A stretch of 64,000 bases of DNA from Anthoceros angustus (GCA_010909165.1 VJWM01000313.1:19343-83342); one strand, 5' to 3'; counted from the first letter of the stretch, positions 1-11,260 are shown. The notes: generated by a model not told the origin, from the sequence alone. Translations and numbers: made by a program.

Positions 1-1814
1 TCTAGCTCGTCCGTTAGTAGCCCGGTGGCGTGGATCTATCTACAAATCCATCTCCTGCCGCCCATCGCACGTTCTTGGCCGTTTGCATGCTCCTCCTCGA
101 CAATGATCTCTTCCATTCTGGTCTAGCCTCGTGTCTAGGTCCAGCTCGTGCTCCCATGGCGACCTCTTCGCCTTCACCTCCATGTCCTCCTCATGGTGAT
201 TTCCCATGAATCCATCTCCTTCTCCTGCGGTTTTCTTCAAACTTGTCATGGGATGCACCTCCTTCCTCTTGCCAACTCGTGGCCTCCACTTGCAGCCCTT
301 CTGCCTGCTCACCCTTGAGGAGCATTCCAGCCTCCTCCTCGCGCCCATGCTGGCGCCGTTTTATCTCCTCTCGGATTTCCAGATTGTCCTGCTGCAACTT
401 TTCCTGCACAACGCTCCCTTCTTGCTCATTTGGCCTCTCTGGCAACAAGACTTGCTGATCAATTCTTAGGCCGTCTACAACATGCTCACGTCCTCCCCCT
501 TCGACCCAGGCTGCGGCGACCAACTCCTCGTCAGGAAATCGGTCGTCTGTGGCCTCAAGTCGCTCCCGTTTTCAGACGAGAAATAAAATCAGCATTTTGA
601 TGCTGCTTCCCTGGCCTAGTTTCTACGTCGTAATCGAATTCTTGCAGCAGTAGTACCCATCTGGCAATCCTTCCTGACAAATCTGGCTTGTTGACAAGGT
701 ACTTCAACGCAAAATGGTCAACATGGAACGTCACTTTGCAAGCAAGCAGATAGTGTCTAAACTTCTTACAGGAGTAAATAATACCAAGACCCTCCGCTCC
801 GTGGTTGAGTAGTTCTTCTCAGCATCCGTGGGCTGTCTACGCATAGAAAATCGGATGATCCCGTTTCTTCTCGTCCTTCTGGCTTAAGACGGTCCCAATG
901 GCATAGGCGGACACATCCACGTATACGTGAAACGGTTTCTCCCAATCCGGCGGTTGTAACGTTGGTGCGCTCACTAAGCTGTCCTTCAGCTGCTGAAAAG
1001 CCTCCTGTCTTGCAGTTGTCCATTCGAAAGGTATATCCTTCTTGGTCAATTGTGTCAACAAGGCTGCCTTCTTAGCGAAATCCTTGATGAACCTCCTGTA
1101 ATATCCTACCAGTCCTACAAAAGCACGCACCTGTCTCACCGTTTGTGGCGTCCATCTCAGCTATAATTGCTACTTTCTCCTTATCCACCGCAACCCCCGT
1201 ACAGAGACCCGATGTGCTAACAAAATGCCCTCCGTCATACCAAAATAACACTTCCCCGGATGAAGTTTCATGTTCGACTCTGCATTTTGGAAACATTGTC
1301 TCAAATGATCTAAATCGGTCTCCTCCTTGAACAATCATCTAGGAATACCTCCATGAACTTCCTCGGAAAATCTCGGAATATCGCGTTCACTACCCTGAAA
1401 ATGGCGGGGCATTACACAACCCGAAGGGAGTTTTGAATAAGCGTAGGTTCCCCAATCCGTTGTGAATGTTGTCTTGTCACGATCTTCCTTCCAGCGAAAT
1501 TTGATTGTACCGAATATCCATCAAGATACATCTCATGTCAACTATGTCCACTGCTTGTCCATGAAAGGCAAAGGGTGATGATCCTTCTTCGCTCGTTGAG
1601 CTTCACGAAATCACAGCATACCGAACCTTTCCTGCTTCTTTGGTACAATCACGATGGTGCGACCCACTCTAGTGAGCACCGGGTAAATTACTCCGACCTC
1701 CAAATATTGGTCGCTGATCCTTAACGACCATGGAATACTTGGGGTTCAGTCTGTACTGCTTGATTCTCACCGGAGTGCTGCCCTCCTTCAAGTCGATTCG
1801 ATGTATCCTCAGTT
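1..1814 (-). mobile_element. Ty3/Gypsy pol fragment (copy A, left part): RT C-terminal half, RNase H and a charged post-RNase H linker
   Basis: ORF 837-1139(-) reads VRAFVGLVGYYRRFIKDFAK...FHVYVDVSAYAIGTVLSQ, and continues out of frame as KKFRHYLLACKVTFHVDHFALKYLVNKPDLSGRIARW. It is colinear with 30300-32100 and 54240-55960. It ends at 1814, where the TIR element begins. Confidence 0.93.
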
Positions 1815-1843
1815 AACATGATAATCTTGGAAGGGGGTTAATA
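1815..1843 (+). repeat. Left terminal inverted repeat of the MTase-carrying transposon
   Basis: Reverse complement of 10718-10745, apart from one substitution and one G-run length difference. Confidence 0.9.
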
Positions 1844-2439
1844 TACAAACCCCCTTCCGCACAACTGAAACCCCCTTCACAAAAAAGACACCGTTCGGGA
1901 AATGCAAAATCGTCGAATCCTCCGTCAACACCATGCTAAATACGAAAGGGAAAAAACATTGATATTTCACAATTCATAAAACAGGGCTTTCTTGGCGGCT
2001 GGCCGCTGCCAGTATCCTTGCGGCTATGCTTTGACACAAGTAATGAAAGAAAATCCGATATCAACTTTCAAAACCCTCTTCCGTCCCTCGAATATAGTCT
2101 TTCCTCTACAAAGATCCCTCAAAGTGATCACGAGACTCATCACGCTTGGGTGGCAATCTAAAACAAGCTGCCAGTTGCATGCGTTCAATTCTACTACATC
2201 GTCGGTCTCGGCCTTCGCTTCATCATCTTCGTTGTCGCCGTCCTTGTCGCCACCACTCCCGTCGCAGTATCCGAGGTTTGTTGTCCTTCCTCTAGCAAGT
2301 CCCCTTTGCGTTTTCATCCTCCTTGCACTAAGTGGAACCACGAGCTTTCGAACAATTTTTTTTTTAATACAAACTTCTTTAGCCGGTGTCGCTCCTCTCC
2401 GGTGGGCCTCGAATGTGAGCTCCTCTTTCCATCGCAAAA

Positions 2440-3050
2440 CCTCGAAACCATGTATGCGTTGTGGGATATAACCAGCATGAGGTCGGCCTCTATTGCAATA
2501 GAATTGCGTCGAAATCTTGCCGGTTGTTGTCCCACTTCCGCAACCATCCGTAATCCAATCTCCTTCTTTCGAGAATGTTTTGATGAATTTCATCATCAAC
2601 CCGAGAGGTCTTTGTAGGCACACCACCATTTTGTCTTGAGACATGTACACGCTTCTTCACCACGGATCATGTGCAATCACGGATCGTCCATTGTTAAAAG
2701 TCCCTCGTAATATTGGGCGCCTTCCGCCTTGCCTTCCTTCACACACCAAGCCACTGTTATGTACTCCACTGTCTCAAATCCACCCCTGTCATTACTCATG
2801 TTTGTTTTGTCCCAAAGCGAAGGACACCATTCCACCCTTGCCACATAATCCACGCATGCACTCTCTCACAAGGTGAGCTTCTTCCACTCCGTGCATGACA
2901 ATGAGCACAATTCTTCCGCCGTCGTCTTCTCCACAGCTTTGGAAGCTGTGTTCATCATGCGCATCGAACCGACTATCCATAGGACCAATGTCAAAGCCTC
3001 TTGGGACATCCATAAAGAAGGGTATAAGCCGCAGAAGGAATCCCGCATCT
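2440..3050 (-). pseudogene. Beta-class N4-cytosine/N6-adenine DNA methyltransferase-like domain (frameshifted as assembled)
   Basis: Motifs on the - strand in beta-class order: FFMDVPRGFD (motif IV position, 2996-3013); WDKTN...EYITVAW (2746-2814); QRPLGLMMKFIKTFSKEGDWITDGCGSGTT (motif X-I, 2525-2614); RNSIAIEAD (motif II, 2482-2508). An acidic tail (GDKDGDNEDDEAKAE) follows. Confidence 0.8.
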
Positions 3051-4139
3051 CCATAATGTTTCTTTTTCCACTTGATAGTAACACTCTTTCTCGGACCACG
3101 AGCGTGAACAAGTGCGGTCAGTCTTTCAAATCCTTGTCCGATTGCACGCTGCTCATCCTCAAGACTCTTCCAGTTGTTAATCTCAAATATGAAGTTCTTG
3201 AAATCCTCCGGCCTTTTGCAAATTCTCCACATCCTTTATTTCGACGCCGGAAAGAAAAACGTTAGAGCGAGGACACCACATTCCTATTGTATTCAAACAA
3301 GCGTTGGCGATGGCGAAGGAGGGTGTGAAAGCACGGCCGGCGCCCTTCACACCCTCCATCGACAAATTTGGTTTGCGGCTGCACCATGCCCGCGGCGGCC
3401 GGCCAGTAGAGCGGGCGAAGCCATACATGGGCGGCGGCGCCGTGACATGCGAACTGCGCATCCAAGATAGTGGGGGCGCGGCCGGCCGGCCTCCTCGCCA
3501 TTCTCCGGCGTGGCGAGGCGCGGCCGGCCAGCGGCGCCTCGCGCAAACGAAAACCAAAGCGACTCATTGTATGCGTGGTCGGATCTCACCTTCCCAAAAG
3601 CCGTTTGAAACCGAGCAATCATGTCGTCCGTTGAGTGTAGAGGATATTCCTTCCTCACTTCCTCGAAGATGAGCACTCGGATGTTTAGCCATGGCCACTT
3701 GAATAACATGCGGTTTCTTTCTTGAAGTAATTTCGTCCTCCATTCCTTTGAGATCGAGGATGCTCGATTACCTTCCCATTCTTGGTGACAAGAATCTGCA
3801 CATTCACCATCGTATACCGGAATGATTTCCGAGGTTTTAATGTCTTTCGGCTTGAAATACATTTTTCCACGTGTTTGGGATCATCTGTGACTTTCCTTTT
3901 CCCTTCCCTTTCTTCGGTGCCGGCGGTATGTGCTTCTTTCTGTAACTCGCTTCCCACTTTGAAAAGATCTTATCAATATTATCCCATACCTTGCCCTCCG
4001 CGATGCATGTGTGTGTCCTGTCCACTTTGTTACCTTGTACACGTCATCTTGGCCTTCATCATCTTCAATTAATCCAAGAACCTTATAAAGATTGAACTTC
4101 CATGACATGGTCATCTCACTCCATCCCGACGCCGAAGCT

Positions 4140-4400
4140 CATCTCGTAAATATCTTACATTCAATAAAAGACATTTTCTTCCGCTTATCGACATTGTGTT
4201 ATGGTCGGTTGCAAGAACTCTCATCTCGTGCACCGTAAGCCCACAGATACATGCGCTTCAACATATTGAAAGCAGGACTTCCGGAGCAATATCAAGTGCT
4301 TCATAGCGACATATGTGTGGTTCCCCAAGTACACCCATAATATATTTCTTGGCCCGAATTTAGCCAACTTGCTAATATCGTTGCACTCCCGGGTCAATCA
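4140..4400 (-). pseudogene. ParB/Sulfiredoxin-like domain upstream of, and probably fused to, the methyltransferase domain
   Basis: The - strand reads ILWVYLGNHTYVAMKHL (4293-4340; GNH motif in a helix-preceding position), then VSVGL...EMRVLATDHN...KMSFIE (4160-4245). This resembles the GL-x-E-x-LA-x-HN pattern of ParB-like domains. Same strand as the MTase motifs and about 1.1 kb 5' of them. Confidence 0.55.
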
Positions 4401-6898
4401 TGCATGAATGGCGAACCCTTCTTCAATCCTTCCCTTGAAATAACTCGGGCTAGGTAGTTTGACCATGCCTCGTCCACCCTCGATTTGGGCATCCGGTGTA
4501 ATAAAAGATCGGCTTCAAATTCTCAAGCTTTACCAAGTCTCTCGAACAACTTTCTTGGCATAGGCGAGTCCCCGATTATTGTCAATGGGTCCGATTCGGA
4601 TGGCATCTTCAAGTCTTTCCTCATCATCCGCATGGACGGTCGCTATATTCTCTGGTGGGCTTCACTCACGGTTTCCTTCCATTTCTTCTTTCTCTTCCCC
4701 GGTGGAGCCTCGCTATGTGTGGTATGCCCTGTGCGGCGTGCCCACCATGCCTTGCTCTCCACTCGAGTCCCTGTCTCCATACTCTCGGATCGGCGGACAC
4801 GGGAGGTGCCTCAATAGAAGCCGCGCACGCCGCCCACGCTCGGCCCGTCTCTTCCGCAACGCAAGTGCAAGGGCGTCGCAATCAGGCGGCCGGCGGCGCT
4901 TCAGTGCCTTGGGAACCCACCGGTTGGGGTGCAGTGTAGTCCAGACTCCCTCGGGAGGCGCCGGCGGCCGCCTCACCCTCTCCGACCGTACCTCCATGGA
5001 GGAGCCAGGAAAAGGAATGTCCAGAACGGAGCATCCTTCCATCCTCTCGCCTCGAAAGTCGTCATCGTCGGAGTGGCCAGGGCGTCGGGTATACACCCAT
5101 CCTCCTCATCGGATGGGCCGAGCTCACTAGGCACTGCGCTCGGCTTGGTGAGCCCGTCATGCACATTTCAGCCGGGCTCGACTCGTCGTTGTGACATTTC
5201 CCTCCTATCTTTGGATGACGGATTCGGTAATCTTCCGCATATTGTGTCGGTGCTCTAGCTTGAGCATCGCAAAACAAAAGGATTGAGGAAAGGCAAGATA
5301 GAAGGCACAAGTCATGGAAACCAACATATTTGCATCAAGCGCTTGAAAACCTTATTCCAAAGTTTTACTTATTGGGTGACGATAGCATTTCAATCCTCCA
5401 CCAGTTTGAAGGACTTCTTGCTTTGGAAGCCATGTAGGTGACCTCATAAGCCTTGTACATGGTTTCATCTTCGCTTATCCGATCAAATACCAAAGGCTTT
5501 GTTGTGCATCGAAAACAGCTCGTCCATCCATATCCACATCGCCCATAGAACCCGGCCCTTGCTCTGGTTTGGCAAGGCCCCTTGAACCCTCGACCCACGG
5601 TTTCAATAGAGGAGTCCAAAATTGTTCTCCTCAAGGCTCCTCATCCTGTGTCAACATCCGGTCCTTCTCGGCGAGCGCAGCCTCCACCTTGCTCCCCAAC
5701 CGACGTGTGGCATATCCTCATAGTTAAATGGCGTTGGAATAGGCCTGCATTGCTGTGGGGTCTCTTCCTCGGTCTCCTCCTGCCCTTCCCCGTTGTCTTG
5801 GCCTTCCCGGATGTTAGGATTTCCATGCCCAATTGACAAATTACCTCGGCTGGTGCTTGATGGCTGGGTTGTATCTGCGCCCTCCACCGAGGTAGGCGCG
5901 TGCCTTCTCCGACATCCACACAAATTCCCCGCATCCTTCTTCTTCTTCTGGGCCGGATTTCTTGGTTTTGGGCATCGGGTCGATGTTCTCTGGTTCTCCA
6001 CGTTCCTTCCCTCTTAGCTTGCCATCCTCAAGAGATTAGATACAATCGCCATAGGAAGCAATTCAAAGAAGGAATCGGTCCCAACAGGAAATTTGCGAGC
6101 GAAGGGGAGGGCCATCAGACTATGTGAATCGCGAGGAAATGGCGGAGGATCGCAGCGTGGAGAAGTCGCGTCTTTGGGAGACACGCCAAAAGTCCTTCTT
6201 GAGAGTTGATGTCGGGCCGCCACCGTCTCAGGCTGGAAGAACTTGCTCGGCTCTCTCGGGGTTACTCTCCACTTGAGCGAAAGTATGACGCCCCGTTGGT
6301 CACGTCACATGTCAACAACCTAACCATAAATGTCAATTAAGGAAATGCTTACATGGAAAACCATTTATAGGACCCTAAGTCAAAAGCCGTACATATGAAC
6401 CCCAATGCCGAGAAAACAATGAAGAGGCGGTGTGCCTCAGCCAAGTTCTACCGGTGAAGATCTTTCGGTTTATTTGCTCATAATGGCATTTCCACCTTAC
6501 CTTGATCCACTGCCTATGTCATGGCATACCACGCTCTGAAGAGTGAGGACCATATTTCCGGTTAGAGGTGCGAGTCCTCGGTGGCGACAATGTTGCGCCA
6601 CCCACATCGCTTGTCGAAGAGGTCGAGTTTTCGTCCACAAGTCATTCCTCACTTCGTTTGTGCGATCAAGGGGAACATGTACTTGAGAACAAGTGTTGGG
6701 TTTGCATCATCTCTCCGTCTGTTGATCCATGTAATGACATTGATGTTGTCGCGGAGCAGTGTGGAAGGGGTCTTTGATTTCCGGATGGTAGGTGACTCTC
6801 TTGTGAGGCCAAGGATGGTCAGATCTTGGGGGCCCCGATCATGAGCAACGAAACGAGTCCGAACTCCGGAAGGTTAGTTTGCCTTCAACGAAAGCGGC

Positions 6899-9800
6899 TT
6901 GTTTGCGGTGAAGACAATGTTGTGGCGAATAGTCCACCCCATCCGTGGCGATTCCATCTCATGCACACCGCACGGTATTGTAATGCTCGTCGCCATCGAC
7001 AAGCTCTCCGGCATTCCGCGTGGGGTGCCCATGACCCCCAGGAACTTGAACTTATATGCTGCCATTGATGGGAATCCTGCATCCAGGCGAAGACACCAGG
7101 AAGGAAGGGGAGATGGGGTGCAGAATTCCCGTCGTGGTTTGTTCCGCCAAGGAGCGATGTGCGAGGATGACCGCAGGACTGAGTTCTTCCCACAAGCAAA
7201 TGATCCGTGGACTGAGGATGGGGATGATGACTTTGTTCACCCTCCTCCGGCTGGTGCATCTGGAACATTCCATCCCAAGCCTTTAAGTGAGACATTGATG
7301 ACAACAAAGCTTTCTGGCGGACAAGCGCAGCGGCGACGGGCAGCGGGGGTGTCTTTGCAAAAATGTGAACTGGAGAAGGTGGCAGACTTTCTTAAACCGT
7401 GTTGCAACCAAATGTGCATGCAGAGGTTGACCAAGCAAGGCCTTGAGCAACGATATAGGTTCCTCACAATGCGAGGCAAGAGCAAGAGACATTTCTTCAA
7501 AGCCTCGTACATGGACCCGAGTCAAACTAACAAAGAAAGAGTTTTTCGCATGTTATGGGATCGGTTCCTCTGGTTGCGTGAAGGCCTTGAAGAGTATATT
7601 GTATAGCTGTGATACGAGGGAGGGTCATGAGGAATGCCCGTGGGATAGTGTTCGAACCAACCCAATTCATAAGTCCGTCATGCACTTGGTGCTCTAGCGT
7701 GGATGGATAATGCTCATTCATGGTGAAAGACTTCAACGTGCGGTGTATAACCGCACCTACAAAGCGGAGATATGGTCATTGTACAAAGCGGCGGTGTCAA
7801 AGCTCAGTGCGTTTGTGTGTCGCGGTTTTTGAAGTTATGGAAATCTAACTTCAGTGAAGATTCCCAAATCCAACAGTTCTCGACCGCTCAATATGTCTTG
7901 GGTTAAAGACCACCATTCGAATACAACTCAGGTTGATCAAGGTAGATATCACTACCACTAGTTGGAGTGGGAGGAGTTTTGGTATCATGGTTCGCTGGTG
8001 TGGCGGAGGGTGGGCGCCGGCCCGCGGCGCCACCCTCGGATATGACCGTTGCTGAAGTTGCACGAGTACCATGTTTGAAACTTGTCCTTGTTCATGGATG
8101 GCCCCCCGGTTGTAGGTTTGATTGGTCGAGTTTAGGGGCGGGCGGGCCCCGGCTGCGGCGCCACCCCATCCACCTTCAAACTCGCCAACCATAATATATG
8201 ACCTAGAAGGTGGACGTTTTGTAGATTTTAGATTGGGGAAGATGGTAAATGTATGTGTGAAGAGGTGATAGTCCACGACATCGGTTTGTTGTATGCAATG
8301 GGTTTCATGGATTACATCTTCGCTTGTGGTGTGGAAGAAGCGTGTTTGTATGTGTGAAATTGGGGAACGTGAAAAACTTGGAAGGATGTGACACTTGGAG
8401 CGTGTTTGGCGTGGCGGAAAAATATCGGGCGCGTTAGAGGCACAGCGTGCAGGAGGAGCGGGAAAAATGGCAAAACACCGTGAAAAGAGTTACGACCGGA
8501 TAAGTACATGCTCCTCGCTATAGACTCGGAATGGACCGAAGACCGAGATTCCACACTTTCGTTGGCCAAAGAATCTTGATGAGGACTGCCGTGTATCTGC
8601 ACGTAGTGGGTTGCATGATCCACAATTATACGCAGCAAGAGTGTTTTTGCACTATGCCAATTTGAGGAACGATGAATCGACAATCGATTATTCAAGATGT
8701 TATTCTTAATTATAAAGGAGTGCTACCCAAAGTGCTCTATTTGCAGCTTGACAACACTTGCCGGAAAACAAGAACCATGTTGTTTGCGTGTTTGAACATG
8801 CTAGTTGATATGGGAACTTTTCAAGGTGAAGGTTGGGTTCCTCCTTGTTGGGCACACTCACGACCAAATCGACCAAATGTTCTCTTGCTTTTCCAAAAGC
8901 TTGAAGCACAAGGCACACACTCTTCCCGCGTTGGCGACATCGTTCATGCATACACGCCTACCGAGATCAAAGTTTTGCGGAGGTCCGGACTTCCGGTCAT
9001 ATGTATGGCCGATTAGACAAGGCGATGGTCGCGGGCATATTCATCGGCGGTGAGAAAATTGAACAACTTATCTTTCCAGCACTTTAAAATCACCAGAGAA
9101 GACAAACCGAATGGTATGGTGATGATTAGGCAAGCAATATTCGACATCGATGTATTGGGAAACCGGCCGGGTTGGAGTTTTTGAAATTTGTCCCTCCGAC
9201 ATAACCGATGCGGTGTCGGCCCTCCGGCTCGAGACAAGAAAGGGACGTCGGCGGTTATCTCCGACGGAGTGGCACATTTGAGAGCGGGTCAGCCGGGCTG
9301 CCATATGTGACCGGACAGAATATGGATGGTGGGAAGCATTCAGGTGGACCAAGAAGAAATCGCAATAATCGTGGAGAACAACATTGGGCTCGCACTAGAA
9401 GTGCCGTGGAAATGGTTCTCTCTAATCGGAAGAAAGCAACCACTCCAAGTTCCTGAAGCTATCCTAGAGGCGTTGCTAAGAGAACTCCCCAGGATATGTA
9501 CTTAGGGCCTTACCGGCTTGGAAGGCAGCGGCGAAATGGCACGTTGCATGGAGATGTAAAAGACATAAAGGAAGGATGTTCATCGCAGTACCTTGTACGA
9601 TACGCATAATCGGCCTTTCCGGATTGGGAAAGTTAATCGGTGAGGTTGGATGTGGAAGAGCCTCATTTCCGTTCAAATGGGCGAAACACGATGCATATGA
9701 AGGCGAACGTGGAAGAATATGTGATTCGGACCCTTCCACCGAGACAATTTGGATTGGAAGGAAAAGGGTGGGAAGGCAAATTTCAAGAATGTTCAAGAAG

Positions 9801-9950
9801 TCTTCATCAATAAAACCGTCATCTTGTATTATGGGTTCGGTTTGAATTCCGTAAACATCTCTATTCCATTGACAAAAAGCGATCGAGGATAAGTTGAATG
9901 AATTGCGGGGCTTCATCGAGCCACCAAAGTGCACCGGAAGATAGTGACGA
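6899..9950 (+). pseudogene. Sola-like (DUF7869-type, RNase H-fold) transposase, frameshifted as assembled
   Basis: Ordered motifs: KPCCNQMCMQRL (7394-7429); GCVKA (7572-7586); FLKLWKSNF..VKIPKSN...SICLGLK (7830-7908); KHREKS..DKYMLLAID.GMD..TEIPHF (8474-8555); LPKVLYLQLDNTC (8723-8761); VGFLLVGHTHDQIDQMFS (8832-8885). A C-terminal GMFIAV...RPF(W)IGKV...VILYYGF...LTK segment follows (9570-9880). Confidence 0.82.
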
Positions 9951-10717
9951 AGGCGGTGAGGACATCGGGCCCTTGGACATGGAAGGTGTCAATTCGGAGA
10001 TGAGTGAAAAGATGTGAAGTGGAGGCAAACATCGGTGGACATCGGTGACAAGAGGGTTTACTCTCGTCAGTGTCTTGACCGCCAAGTGTTAGGCTCAAAG
10101 TGGGAGCTCGCGTTAGTGATAGGGAATCACTGGTGCTATCATTCGGTGGAAGTTGAAGAAGTTGAGTCACTTCCGGCCGTAGGTTGCGATGTCGGCGACA
10201 AGGACAAATGGCGGCGCGGTGGGCGGCGCCACGCCATCCTTTAGTAGCATGGAAACCGCTTTTCCGCACCGATCCCGTATTGTACATTTTGTTCGCACAT
10301 ATATAACCCATCCGGCATGCCTAAATCCTAAATCGTGGAAACCCGATAGCTGGGCGCCGGCCCGGCGCCACCTTCTTGCCAAAACAAAAGACTATGGGTT
10401 CGGGGACGGTTCGGAAAGAAGCACCATTCTTTACCAATGATGTGAAGATTGGCAATGTCTTCAAAAGACCTTGTTTATTTAGGCGGCCTCAACAACCCGT
10501 TCCCTTTTAGTCCTTAGGGTACTTATGGTAAGCAAGCATGGGTCGTAATATGCCAAATTCGATGGCGAACTCGCTAACCCTTTGTGTGATGGAACCGCTC
10601 GGACGTCAATTTCATCCCTTATCGACCCTTATTTTCAGGCCTTTCGACCGATGTTGCAAAGCGTAATCGACCCATCCCAAACCCCTTCCGGCGATATTTG
10701 GTTGAAAACCCCTTACG

Positions 10718-10745
10718 TATTAACCCCTTCCAAGATTAGCATGTT
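10718..10745 (-). repeat. Right terminal inverted repeat of the MTase-carrying transposon
   Basis: TATTAACCCCTTCCAAGATTAGCATGTT, followed directly by resumed Gypsy RT sequence. Confidence 0.9.
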
Positions 10746-11260
10746 GGTTCTTCAGGTATTCTGTCATCTATCGGTAATTTTGAAGGCACACATCGACATA
10801 TTCCCTAAACTACTAAACTCTTCTTTCTCTACGCCTAGATACCTGAAACCTTGACTGCCTTACCATGCTCTAACTCTAAATCCTCTACGACATACGGGAT
10901 CTCGTATATCGCCGGTACTACTGTCTTGGTCCCGGATCCCTCCTCGGGAAAATCCACGATCATAAGCTTACCTCTTCCAAAAGGCTACTCGCTCTCTATG
11001 TGCCTGTCTTGACTCTCCCTCGACATCCTCACGTTGCAAGCATGAATACTCCAAATCAACTTTTATTTGACAGCCTCGGTGAAGGTCCCGATAAGCTCGG
11101 TCGAGTGCAGGAGCTTACCTCAGAGTGCTACGGTGTAACCATCAGTGGAGTGCAGAACTCCCCTCATAGGGAGCCTTGCTCCATGACACAAAGCGATTAC
11201 CGCAGTCCTACCTATTAGACTTGAAGGTGACGCCCGCTACGATAAAATCAAAGAACACAT
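10746..11260 (-). mobile_element. Ty3/Gypsy copy A, middle part (protease-RT spacer and RT N-terminus)
   Basis: Nucleotide-colinear with 32060-32560, e.g. GGAGCCTTGCTCCATGACACAAAGCGAT occurs in both. It is bounded by the TIR element on the left and the solo LTR on the right. Confidence 0.85.

Larger units (their letters stand above)
1815..10745. mobile_element. 8.9-kb TIR DNA transposon with a Sola-like/DUF7869-type transposase and a ParB-like plus amino-methyltransferase cargo gene
   Basis: TIRs are AACATGATAATCTTGGAAGGGGGTTAATA (1815-1843) and TATTAACCCCTTCCAAGATTAGCATGTT (10718-10745). The flanks ...GATGTATCCTCAGTT and GGTTCTTCAGGTATTC... rejoin to match the uninterrupted Gypsy copy at about 32051-32075 (GATGTATCCCAGTTCTTCCGGTATTC). 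The TSD reads as 4 bp AGTT/GGTT with one mismatch, or as 2 bp GT. Confidence 0.88.

Noticed and set aside
9476-9934. 152-aa minus-strand ORF as a third cargo gene
   Set aside because: It is antisense to the transposase C-terminal motifs on the + strand and has no recognisable features.
1815-10745. Bacterial contamination as the source of the methyltransferase
   Set aside because: The segment is bounded by TIRs, and its flanks rejoin precisely into a plant Gypsy RT. No prokaryotic operon context is seen. Read-level confirmation is still needed.
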